A stretch of 64,000 nt of DNA, taken from an uncultured Acidobacteriota bacterium. GTDB taxonomy: Bacteria > Acidobacteriota > UBA6911. The position numbers and the translations under genes were made by a program. The stretch spans positions 704,001 through 768,000 of the forward strand of contig CAWEJX010000020.1 in assembly GCA_963809485.1 (NCBI GenBank). The letters are read 5' to 3'. Positions 40,208 through 49,411 of this stretch are shown here, in pieces. Numbering within the stretch: position 1 is the first letter of the stretch; each line of letters starts with the position of its first letter. Under the pieces are notes generated by a model. The model was given only the letters and a program-made list of their open reading frames with translations, was not told the DNA's origin and did not search any database.

Positions 40208-41842
40208 ATGAAGATTGCGCTGGCACAGATCAATACGGTTGTCGGGGATATAGGCCGTAATCGTGACCGGGTACTGCGTACCATGGAAAAAACGCGGGAA
40301 TCGGGCGCCGATCTTGTAATTTTCCCCGAACTCGCCCTGACCGGCTATCCCCCGCGCGACCTGTTGGGACTTCACGGTTTCGTTGAGTCCAATCTCCGGG
40401 CTTTGGATGAAATTGCCGCCCGCACAGACCGGATGGGCGCGATCGTGGGCTTTGTGGATCGCAATACGAGCCATGCGGGCCGGGATTTTTATAATGCGGC
40501 CGCCCTTCTTTCGGAGGGGAAAATACAGGCGGTCATCCACAAGACGCTTTTGCCCACCTATGATGTTTTTGACGAGGACCGCTATTTCGAGAAATCAGGC
40601 AGCGTGCATCCGGTGCGTTTTGGCGGCCGCTCGCTGGGCATTTCAATCTGCGAGGATGCCTGGAATTCCGAAGATTTCTGGCCCAAGCCCCTCTATCGCA
40701 CGGATCCTATTCGCAACCTGATCGATAAAGGGGCGGATCTCCTTATCAATATTTCGGCATCGCCATACGAAATGGGCAAACCGAAATTCCGCTATCAGAT
40801 GCTGCTGGATCACGTCCGAAAGTACCACGTGCCCATGGCGTATGTGAATCTGGTCGGAGGGAACGACGACCTTCTTTTCGACGGCGGCAGCCTGGTTTTG
40901 GGGGCGAGAGGCAACATGGTTGCTCAGGGGAATGTTTTTGCGGAAGACCTGCTGATTGCGGATCCCGATTCGACAGAAGATTGCGGATATCAGGAAGCGG
41001 AAAAAATGGAGAGCCTTTTCCGGGCTCTCGTGATGGGCACGCGCGACTATGCGCACAAGTGCGGCTTCAAATCAGCGGTTCTGGGCCTTAGCGGCGGGAT
41101 TGATTCGGCAGTTGTGGCCTGCATCGCGGTCGAGGCGCTGGGCGCATCCAATGTGCTCGGCGTTTCGATGCCCTCGGTCTATTCCGCGCCGGAGAGCTAC
41201 GAAGACGCCCGCATGCTGTCGCGGAACCTGGGCATTCCGTTCGATGGGATCCCGATTCAGCCCGTTTTTCAGGCTTTCCGCGAGTCCCTCGCCGGCGCCT
41301 TCGCCGGGCTGCCGGAAGACATAACGGAGGAGAACCTGCAGGCCCGCATAAGGGGGGCTCTCCTGATGGCTTTATCCAACAAGTTCGGGCATCTGGTTCT
41401 AAGTACCGGCAACAAGTCGGAATTGGGTGCGGGCTATTGCACACTTTACGGAGATATGGTCGGCGGGCTGGCCGTGATATCGGACGTACCGAAAACACTG
41501 ATCTACGAACTGGCCGCCCACATAAACCGGGAGAGGGACATTATCCCCCCAAACACCATCGCCCGGGCCCCCTCGGCGGAATTGCGGCCCAACCAGACAG
41601 ACCAGGACACTCTGCCGGAATATGACATCCTGGACGGCATTCTGCGGTTGCGCGTCGAGGAACAGATGAGTGCCGGGGAAATCGCGGCTCAGGGATATGA
41701 ACGGGAAACGGTTGAAAGAGTTGTGCGCATGATACACGCGAATGAATACAAGCGGCGGCAGGCGGCGCCTGGGCTGAAGGTAACCACCCGGGCCTTCGGC
41801 ACCGGACGCCGCATGCCGATCGCAATGAGAATCAGTGATTAG
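40208..41842 (+). CDS. nadE: Glutamine-dependent NAD+ synthetase
   Basis: Nitrilase domain (FPEL, K, ICED) plus GLSGGIDS, TGNKSE, PSAEL. Confidence 0.96.
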   Translation: MKIALAQINTVVGDIGRNRDRVLRTMEKTRESGADLVIFPELALTGYPPRDLLGLHGFVESNLRALDEIAARTDRMGAIVGFVDRNTSHAGRDFYNAAALLSEGKIQAVIHKTLLPTYDVFDEDRYFEKSGSVHPVRFGGRSLGISICEDAWNSEDFWPKPLYRTDPIRNLIDKGADLLINISASPYEMGKPKFRYQMLLDHVRKYHVPMAYVNLVGGNDDLLFDGGSLVLGARGNMVAQGNVFAEDLLIADPDSTEDCGYQEAEKMESLFRALVMGTRDYAHKCGFKSAVLGLSGGIDSAVVACIAVEALGASNVLGVSMPSVYSAPESYEDARMLSRNLGIPFDGIPIQPVFQAFRESLAGAFAGLPEDITEENLQARIRGALLMALSNKFGHLVLSTGNKSELGAGYCTLYGDMVGGLAVISDVPKTLIYELAAHINRERDIIPPNTIARAPSAELRPNQTDQDTLPEYDILDGILRLRVEEQMSAGEIAAQGYERETVERVVRMIHANEYKRRQAAPGLKVTTRAFGTGRRMPIAMRISD

Positions 41843-41974
41843 GGATCAGGGATTAGGGATTAGGTGCATCTTTGATTCACAGCAAATCTTGCATATACGG
41901 AAATTCATCCTTAATCCGCATAGTATCAATCCCCATTCCACTCTAATCCCTAATCGCTAATCCCTAATCGCTAA
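41837..41974. repeat. Facing heptamer tandem repeats (gattagg)n ... (ctaatc[c/g])n
   Basis: About 4 units at 41837-41864 and about 4 complementary units at 41943-41974. Confidence 0.75.
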
Positions 41975-41987
41975 AAGAGGGGCGAAG

Positions 41988-43424
41988 ATGGTTACTCGGG
42001 CGCTTCTGACGGATCTGTATGAATTGACGATGGCAGCCGGTTATCTGGAGCAGGGGAAGGCATCGGACACGGCGACCTTTGACCTCTATTACCGGCACAA
42101 TCCCTTTAAAGGAGGCTTTGGCATCGCTGCGGGTCTGGAGGATGCGGTCCGGGCCGTCGTGGATGCGAGGTTCGGCGAGGAAGATATCCGTTTTCTGCGC
42201 TCGCTCAAGTCTGCGTCCGGCTCGCCCACGTTTCCGGAAAAATTTCTGAACTATCTTTCCCTTTACGCGTTCAGCGGCACTATAAGGGCGATCCCTGAAG
42301 GGACGGTGGTTTTTCCCAACGAACCCCTATTGCAGGTCAGCGGAAACCTCATCGATTGCCAGCTGGTAGAAACAATCCTGCTTTGCCACATCAATTTTCA
42401 GACGCTGGTGGCCACCAAAGCCGCCCGCATCTGGGAGGCAGCCAATCACGGCGCCGTCATTGAATTCGGTTTGCGGCGCGCCCAGGGGCCCGATGGAGCC
42501 TTAAGCGCCTGCAGGGCTGCGTTTATCGGGGGAGCCGACGGCACATCGAACGTGCTGGGGGCTGCAATGCTGAAAATGCCGGCCAGGGGCACTCATGCAC
42601 ATAGCTGGATCCAGTCCTACGGTTCGGAGATTGAATCTTTTCGCGCTTACGCACGATCGTTTCCGGACGAGTGCATTCTCCTCGTGGACACCTATGACAC
42701 ACTCAAAAGCGGAGTCCCCAACGCCATAAGGATCGGCAAAGAACTCGAGCAGCAGGGGCACCGGCTGGTCGGCATACGCATCGACAGCGGGGATCTGGCT
42801 TTCCTGAGCCAGAAGGCCCGGGAGATGCTCGACCGGGAAGGTCTGCATTACGTCAATATCGTGGCCTCGAACGAACTCGATGAATACATCATTGCCGACA
42901 TCCTCTCACAGGGCGGCAAAGTCGACATCTGGGGAGTCGGGACAAACCTGGTAACGGGATCGGGCGCCGGCGGCGGAGCTCTTGGCGGAATATATAAAAT
43001 GGTGCAGCACAATGGGCGGCCTAAAATCAAACTGAGCGCCAACCCTGAGAAAATGACCAACCCCGGCAACAAGAAAATCATCCGGTTTTACAACGGCGAC
43101 GGATTGATGGACGCGGATGCTCTGGCCGATGAATCCGAAGATCTGAATGTCCACGAGATTCTCATCGTCGATCCCAACAATCCCTTGCGCCGCAAGAGGC
43201 TCAATTCGGGAACCCGGGTTGAACTGCTGAGGACCGTTGTGGAACGCGGACAAATCGTCTATGAATTCCCGCCGCTTGAGCAGATCCGCAGCTATCGCAA
43301 AGAACAGCTTGCACAGCTCCACGAAAGCTACAAAAGGCTGCACAATCCCCACGAATACAAGGTAGGCTTGTCTCACAAACTGTGGCAGATGAAGGAGCAG
43401 ATGCTGAACCAGGAAACCGTTTAA
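41988..43424 (+). CDS. pncB: Nicotinate phosphoribosyltransferase
   Basis: LTDLYELTM, EFGLRRAQ, GTHAHS, VDTYDT, RIDSGD. Confidence 0.95.
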   Translation: MVTRALLTDLYELTMAAGYLEQGKASDTATFDLYYRHNPFKGGFGIAAGLEDAVRAVVDARFGEEDIRFLRSLKSASGSPTFPEKFLNYLSLYAFSGTIRAIPEGTVVFPNEPLLQVSGNLIDCQLVETILLCHINFQTLVATKAARIWEAANHGAVIEFGLRRAQGPDGALSACRAAFIGGADGTSNVLGAAMLKMPARGTHAHSWIQSYGSEIESFRAYARSFPDECILLVDTYDTLKSGVPNAIRIGKELEQQGHRLVGIRIDSGDLAFLSQKAREMLDREGLHYVNIVASNELDEYIIADILSQGGKVDIWGVGTNLVTGSGAGGGALGGIYKMVQHNGRPKIKLSANPEKMTNPGNKKIIRFYNGDGLMDADALADESEDLNVHEILIVDPNNPLRRKRLNSGTRVELLRTVVERGQIVYEFPPLEQIRSYRKEQLAQLHESYKRLHNPHEYKVGLSHKLWQMKEQMLNQETV

Positions 43425-43545
43425 TTGAAGCAGAGTGAGTTGGAAGGAGTCCGGAGTTTCCCTGCTTCTTCTCGAATCCGGTTTCCGACCCGAAAGATTC
43501 AGGGCGGTTTCATAAGCTCCCGCGGAGGAATTGTCGGCGGGGAAA

Positions 43546-44328
43546 CTATCGATCGGGAGTTTTGTCCAGGATTTTGCCGGTCATGGGAACGAATCGGACG
43601 GGAATAGTGGAACGGCTGGTAACCCCGGATTTTTGCTTTTCGAAAATCACCAATTCCTGCTCCAAAACACCGACGGGAACGATCATGCGGCCTCCCACCT
43701 TGAGCTGATCTATCAAGGGCTGGGGGACTGCTTCGGGCGCTGCCGTCACAATAATCCGGTCAAACGGGGCTTGCTCGGGCCATCCCATATACCCGTCGCC
43801 CGTCCGGATATGAATATTCCGGTAGCCCAGCCTGGTCAGAATCGTCTCCGCATATTCGCTGAGTTCGGGAAGGATTTCGACGGAATAGACTTCGGGAGCT
43901 ATTTCCGCAAGGACAGCCGCCTGGTATCCCGAGCCGGTGCCTATTTCCAGGACGCGCTCCGTCCCGCTCAGTTCGAGCGCCTGGGTCATATACGCGACGA
44001 TATAAGGCTGCGAGATGGTTTGTCCCAGCTTTAGCGGGAGTGCGTTGTCGCTATAGGAGGATTCCCTGAATTCAGAGGGAACGAATTCATGCCGAAGCAC
44101 CTTGAGCATGGCTGCAAGTACGCGGGCGTCCCTGATATCGCGTCCCTGAAGCTGCTCGCGGACCATACGTTCCCGGAGGCGGCCGAAATCAGTAGCCTGG
44201 GAAACGGAGGTTTCGGGCGGCCCTTTTTGTGCTACCGGGTGCCAGTTCGTGGTGCATCCTCCCAGAATCATTGGAAAAATTGGATGAATCAGGAGAACAG
44301 TTGCCAATTTTCCAAGGCTCAGCCACAT
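43546..44328 (-). CDS. pcm: Protein-L-isoaspartate O-methyltransferase with a lipoprotein-like N-terminus
   Basis: QTISQP, VLEIGTGSGYQ, APFDRIIVTAA, VRFVPM. Confidence 0.93.
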   Translation of the reverse strand: MWLSLGKLATVLLIHPIFPMILGGCTTNWHPVAQKGPPETSVSQATDFGRLRERMVREQLQGRDIRDARVLAAMLKVLRHEFVPSEFRESSYSDNALPLKLGQTISQPYIVAYMTQALELSGTERVLEIGTGSGYQAAVLAEIAPEVYSVEILPELSEYAETILTRLGYRNIHIRTGDGYMGWPEQAPFDRIIVTAAPEAVPQPLIDQLKVGGRMIVPVGVLEQELVIFEKQKSGVTSRSTIPVRFVPMTGKILDKTPDR

Positions 44329-44622
44329 GTCGCACCTTGACCTTTCATTAGTTTAACGCTCCGCCCATCACGATTTCAACTCAACCCCGACGCGCAAATT
44401 CCCGCGTTGGATGGAATCCGCACCCGGAAACCGGCGATCCTCGAAACCCGCGCGCATGCTGGGTGCATACGCGGAACCGCCTTCCCGCGGATTGATAGAA
44501 TTATATCACCTGGCAGATTCGGGCTAACACCCTGTCAAGGCCCGAGCGCGGGAGCCGCCCCGCTGCCGGTTTCACACAGATATTCCATGGTGGTACACTA
44601 AAATGGACGGGCGGAGGAGCCC

Positions 44623-44919
44623 ATGATTTTTTCAATGGATATCTGGCTGCTGCCGGCCATTGCGGCAGCTTCCTCGTCCTATCTTGTCTGCCTGGGCTGG
44701 GAGCGCATCAAAAGCAACAGCGCGCCGGACGGATTGCTGGCCGCTTTTCTCGCAGCCCTGAGTTTCCTCATGGGCGCCATCTGTGCCTATTACCGCTATC
44801 ACCTGTATGCGCCGACACTCGAGGGCAATGTGATCGTGATGTTTGTGGCCGGCGCCACTGCAACCTATTTCTGGCTGCTTTTGCGAAGGTATTTACCCGG
44901 TTACAGGGGCCGGGAATGA
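44623..44919 (+). CDS. Small hypothetical membrane protein (about 3 TM)
   Basis: RBS GGAGGA; hydrophobic segments. Confidence 0.6.
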   Translation: MIFSMDIWLLPAIAAASSSYLVCLGWERIKSNSAPDGLLAAFLAALSFLMGAICAYYRYHLYAPTLEGNVIVMFVAGATATYFWLLLRRYLPGYRGRE

Positions 44920-45244
44920 TCCTGTTTTCCAGGGTTTGAGTGTGGCGCGCGGGGCGCTGCCGGTTCAGGCGGTCCCCTCACCCGTGTTTATCCAACCGAG
45001 CGCTTCTCCGCCTGGCCTTGACGTCCCGCGCATAAAGAAAGGAGAGGAAGACTGATTTCCCCTCCATGAGCATATCTATACGATGCTGAACTACATATCG
45101 GCCGGCGTCCGGGAACATTTAGCGGCTTTTTGTCCGAAGTATTTTGCGGTTTGCATACTATAATGCAGGGGTGAATTGTTTTCATGCTGCATATAAAGTG
45201 CTTCTGCGGGATGATGCCCTATACAGAGGAAAGGATATATTTCA

Positions 45245-45514
45245 ATGCCCAGTGATCGTTATAGAATATTGGAATTAGCCCTGGAATCCCTGGAGATCAA
45301 GAAAAAACAGATCGACGCGGAGATTACCGAAATAAACCGTGAGCTTCGCGGGAAACCCGCCAGGAAAGCGCCGCTCACGGTTCAGGCCGCGGGCAATCAG
45401 GCGCCGGCCGCAAGAAAACAGGCGCGCTTTTCGAAGGAAGAACGGATGCGGCGATCGCAGAGGATGAAAGCCTATTGGGACAGCTGGCGCAAGAAAAAAT
45501 CACACGCAAAATAA
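45245..45514 (+). CDS. Small basic protein: N-terminal coiled coil and C-terminal Arg/Lys-rich helix
   Basis: RBS AAGGA; LE...QIDAEI..I coiled coil; FSKEERMRRSQRMKAYW..RKKK. Confidence 0.7.
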   Translation: MPSDRYRILELALESLEIKKKQIDAEITEINRELRGKPARKAPLTVQAAGNQAPAARKQARFSKEERMRRSQRMKAYWDSWRKKKSHAK

Positions 45515-45614
45515 CTCACGGAAGATCCGGAGGCGGGGCGAGGTTATACTGCTTCCGGATCTTCATTCCTATAAGTTCCCGTACCGGAATGAAACACCCG
45601 ACCGAGGTTTATAC

Positions 45615-46211
45615 ATGTCCTTCACAAAAAAACAGCTGCTGCCGGGAGAAAAGCTTGTAGTCCTTGCGCACCAGCATGTCCTGGTGTTGTTTTGGCCTGT
45701 TTTTCTGAACCTTATGGCGCTGGCGATTCTCCTCGCGCTGGCGATTATGTTCCAGCCATGGTGGATAGCCCTTTATGTTGCGCCCTTGGCATATCTCCTT
45801 TGGGCATGGATGACCTGGCGCCGGAGGGAGTACATCCTGACGAGCCGGCGCGTGGTAAAACAGGAGGGTGTGTTCGCCGTTTCCTCTTTTGACGCGACCC
45901 TGGACAAGATAAACAACGTGTTCCATCAGCAAAGCCTCATGGGCAGGCTGCTGAAGTACGGGAATGTCGGGCTGGAAACAGCGAGCGAAAAAGGCACGAC
46001 GATATTCAATTTCCTCTCCCGGCCCATCGAATTCAAAAACAGTATTGTGCGCCAGAGAGAATTGTATAAAACCGAGGCCGCCTCCGCGTATGCATCTCCC
46101 CCGACCAATATTCCCCAGCTTTTGGAGGATCTGGCCGCACTGAGGGACCGAAACATCATCACCTCCGCCGAATTCGAGGAGAAGAAAAAAGCTCTTCTCG
46201 AAAAGCTCTGA
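45615..46211 (+). CDS. Membrane protein with bacterial PH (bPH_2) domain and C-terminal SHOCT domain
   Basis: LLPGE, YILTSRRV, GRLLKYG, LAALRDRNIITSAEFEEKKKALL. Confidence 0.85.
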   Translation: MSFTKKQLLPGEKLVVLAHQHVLVLFWPVFLNLMALAILLALAIMFQPWWIALYVAPLAYLLWAWMTWRRREYILTSRRVVKQEGVFAVSSFDATLDKINNVFHQQSLMGRLLKYGNVGLETASEKGTTIFNFLSRPIEFKNSIVRQRELYKTEAASAYASPPTNIPQLLEDLAALRDRNIITSAEFEEKKKALLEKL

Positions 46212-46495
46212 ACCCGCATACAGCTCCGGGCCGCCCGTACGAATGTTAAAGGCGCCGCCTCGGGCTTATCCATGGGGAGGTCTGCCGGCATTGCCGGTGA
46301 GGCCGCATCCGTCGGTCGAAAATCCCAGCCTGCCCTTTCCACGGGATTCTGACCGCAACCAGGAAGTGGGGCGCCGCGAAACATTGAATATCGATTGGGG
46401 AACCGCAAAAGACAGGGCAAAGCCGCAGAATATCCTGAACATTTGTCGCGCGCTGCATGTTTACTTGAACCCATCAGGCTGGTACTCTGATTGGC

Positions 46496-47080
46496 ATGCT
46501 CCGATGGCGAGGATGGAGAACGCGCTCAACGGTTGCCGCACTGGGCATCATCTTTCTTACCGCGGCGGCAGGAATGGTCTGGATCGAGCACCACACCTCC
46601 CGTTATGACGCCCTTATCCGGAAGGCGGCCACGCGCAATGGAGTGGATTTCTACCTGGTAAAGGCGCTGATTTTCGAGGAGAGCTGGTTCCGACCCGATA
46701 TTCGGGGATCGGCAGGGGAGCAGGGGCTCATGCAGATAACGGCGGCCGCTGCGGCCGATTATTCCGCCACGAAAGGCTTTCCCGCTTACGAGCAGGTGCG
46801 CCTCCTGGAACCCGAACTGAATGTCGAGATCGGCTGCTGGTATCTCCGGCAATCCCTGAATCACTATCGAGACTCGCCGCAACCCGTGCTTTTCGCGCTG
46901 TTACGCTACAACGCCGGCGAATCACGGGCAGACAACTGGCTGCGAAAGGCGCTCTCCGCATCACGGCCCGAGGGAGTGCCCGCGGAACATCACTACCTCT
47001 CTTTCGTGGACTTCCCGAAAACCCGCGCCTACGCCCGCCGGATTCTCAATCGGTCTCAGACGCGCAATTTCTGGTATTGA
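46496..47080 (+). CDS. SLT-domain lytic transglycosylase
   Basis: N-terminal TM; ALIFEES (catalytic Glu), GLMQI, YNAG, TRAY. Confidence 0.9.
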   Translation: MLRWRGWRTRSTVAALGIIFLTAAAGMVWIEHHTSRYDALIRKAATRNGVDFYLVKALIFEESWFRPDIRGSAGEQGLMQITAAAAADYSATKGFPAYEQVRLLEPELNVEIGCWYLRQSLNHYRDSPQPVLFALLRYNAGESRADNWLRKALSASRPEGVPAEHHYLSFVDFPKTRAYARRILNRSQTRNFWY

Positions 47081-47107
47081 CAGCAGTTATACTCACGCTT
47101 AGTATAA
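47077..47107 (+). promoter_or_regulatory. nadA promoter (TTGACA-17-TAGTAT) overlapped by NadQ-like operator 1
   Basis: TTGACA at 47077-47082; palindrome TTATACTCACGCTTAGTATAA at 47087-47107. Confidence 0.7.
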
Positions 47108-47150
47108 GATCGTTGGCCGGCGGAGGCGGGCCAGTTTTTTTAGCGCCTCC

Positions 47151-47171
47151 ATATACTCATTATGAGTATAA
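47151..47171 (+). promoter_or_regulatory. NadQ-like operator 2
   Basis: ATATACTCATTATGAGTATAA with perfect TATACTCA/TGAGTATA dyad, just before the RBS GGAGG. Confidence 0.7.
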
Positions 47172-47188
47172 TAGCGGAGGGTACCTGG

Positions 47189-48235
47189 GTGGCGGATATT
47201 TCGAAAGGCTCCGGGGAGGCGGTTGCCGGCGCTCCGGAAACAGTTGAAGCAATAGGGCTTATTTACAGGCGCTTAGGCAATGTCATGCCGGAAAGCGAGT
47301 GGGCGGCCCATGCGCCCTATGTGGCTGCCATACGCGAACTCAAGGCCGCGCGCAGGGCCGTAATACTGGCCCACACCTACCAGACGCCGGAAATTTTCTA
47401 CGGGGTCGCGGACCTGACCGGCGACTCTCTCGCCCTGGCGCGTGAGGCGGCGAAAACCGATGCGGATGTGATCCTGATGTGCGGCGTGCACTTCATGGCG
47501 GAGACCGCCAAACTGCTGAATCCGACCAAAACAGTGCTGATCCCCGACCTGGAAGCCGGATGCTCCCTGGCATCCTCCATCACGGCCGAGGATGTCCGCC
47601 TGCTTCGCCGTCAATATCCCGGAGTCCCTGTCGTGACCTATGTCAACACGTCCGCGGCAGTCAAGGCCGAATCCGACATCTGCTGCACGTCTGCAAACGC
47701 CGTCGAGGTGGTCGAATCGCTGGGCGCGGACCGGGTCCTTTTCCTGCCCGACGAGTACCTGGGGCGGTATGTCGCGGGGAAAACCCGCGTGGAGGTCATC
47801 CCCTGGAAGGGCCACTGCGAGGTCCATGAAAAGTTCACGGCGGCGGAGCTCAGGGCATATCGGGAAAAATTCAGCGGCATAGTAATTTTCGCGCATCCCG
47901 AGTGCCCTCCGGATGTGCTGGCGGAAGCCGATTTCGTGGGATCCACGGCCGGCATGAGCCGTGAAATTGCGCGCAGCAAACCGCAGCGGGTTTTGATAGT
48001 CACCGAGTGCTCCATGAGCGATAATGTTGCCGTGGAATTTCCTGAAATTGAATTTGTCCGTCCCTGCAACCATTGCCCGCACATGAAGCGGATCACGTTG
48101 CCCAAAATCCTCGATTCCCTGCAGAACCTGAAATATGTCGTGGATGTGGATCCTCGTGTTGCCCAACGTGCGCAGCTTGCCGTGCGGCGAATGCTGGATC
48201 CGGCGCCGCAACCTCTTCGAAAAAATGCCCAATAA
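47189..48235 (+). CDS. nadA: Quinolinate synthase NadA
   Basis: [32 protein letters not shown]; likely GTG start at 47189. Confidence 0.96.
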   Translation: MADISKGSGEAVAGAPETVEAIGLIYRRLGNVMPESEWAAHAPYVAAIRELKAARRAVILAHTYQTPEIFYGVADLTGDSLALAREAAKTDADVILMCGVHFMAETAKLLNPTKTVLIPDLEAGCSLASSITAEDVRLLRRQYPGVPVVTYVNTSAAVKAESDICCTSANAVEVVESLGADRVLFLPDEYLGRYVAGKTRVEVIPWKGHCEVHEKFTAAELRAYREKFSGIVIFAHPECPPDVLAEADFVGSTAGMSREIARSKPQRVLIVTECSMSDNVAVEFPEIEFVRPCNHCPHMKRITLPKILDSLQNLKYVVDVDPRVAQRAQLAVRRMLDPAPQPLRKNAQ

Positions 48236-49112
48236 CAGCAAAAATCACAAAATCGAACCGCTTCTGCAGCTCTACCCCCTGCTCTACGACGAATCCGTGC
48301 GCCGAGCCCTTTTGGAGGACCTGGGCGGGGCCGGGGACGCGACCACGGACGCAATCGTCTCTCCCGAAGATACCGCCACCGCGATGATCGTGGCGCGCGC
48401 GCCCGGCCGGATTGCCGGCGTGGAGGTAGCCGGCCACGCCTTTCGGTGCCTCGGGCCGGCCTTGAGCTTCGAAATATGCCTCGCCGACGGGAAGGATGCA
48501 GGATCGGGGGACATCATTGCCGTCGTTCAGGGCGCAGCGCGTCCCATTCTTTCGGCCGAAAGAACCGCCCTGAATTTTCTCATGCATCTTTCGGGCATTG
48601 CCACTGCGACGCGCGACATTGTCGCCCTGGCATCCCCCTACCCTGCCCGCGTGGTTTGTACCCGGAAAACGACTCCGGGACTCCGTTCCCTCGAGAAATA
48701 TGCCGTGCGGGCCGGCGGCGGCTCGAATCACCGTTTCGGGCTGGACGATGCCATACTGATCAAGGACAATCATCTGCTGGCCGCAGGCGGAGTGGTGGAA
48801 TCCATACAAAGGGTTCGCCGGCGCGCCGGGCACATGGTGAAGGTCGAAGTGGAAGTCGACACTCTGGAACAGCTCGATGCAGCTCTGAAGGAGGGAGTCG
48901 ACGCGGTGCTTCTCGACAACATGCCGATTGACATGATGGCCAAGGCGGTGCGGTTGACCCGGAAAAGAGCCCTCACGGAAGCCTCCGGGGGCGTTACGGC
49001 TGAGACCGTAACCGCCATCGCCGCCACGGGAGTCGACCTGATTTCCATCGGGTGGATCACACACAGTGCGCCCGTGATGGATATCTCCCTGGATTTTGCC
49101 CTTAAAATTTGA
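48225..49112 (+). CDS. nadC: Nicotinate-nucleotide pyrophosphorylase (QAPRTase)
   Basis: [35 protein letters not shown]. Confidence 0.96.
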   Translation: MPNNSKNHKIEPLLQLYPLLYDESVRRALLEDLGGAGDATTDAIVSPEDTATAMIVARAPGRIAGVEVAGHAFRCLGPALSFEICLADGKDAGSGDIIAVVQGAARPILSAERTALNFLMHLSGIATATRDIVALASPYPARVVCTRKTTPGLRSLEKYAVRAGGGSNHRFGLDDAILIKDNHLLAAGGVVESIQRVRRRAGHMVKVEVEVDTLEQLDAALKEGVDAVLLDNMPIDMMAKAVRLTRKRALTEASGGVTAETVTAIAATGVDLISIGWITHSAPVMDISLDFALKI

Positions 49113-49411
49113 CCGGATATCACGGTTTCCGTCATAGCGGCGCATCCGGGCATGTTTCTTTGAGACCTGAAATCTGCATCCCTTAACGTGCCGTCACCAG
49201 GGAGTTTTCTCCGGCTACCGGCGAGGGAGACACGCCGCAGGGCCCTCCCTGCGGCTACGGAAGCAACGGATCCCCTCCGCTCACACCAGACCCATCCCGA
49301 CCGGCACGTTCCTGCAAACGAATTTCGATTTTGCAGATGTACGCCCCGGAATGATATAAATTAGGATTGAAATTTGTTTTATAGGGAGCATCTTTAAACC
49401 AGGTAGAATCC

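Noticed and set aside
49140-49330. GC-rich hairpins between nadC and the PlsR-like gene as an ncRNA
   Set aside because: Only short stems (ccgcaggg/ccctgcgg) are present, which are expected by chance at this GC content.
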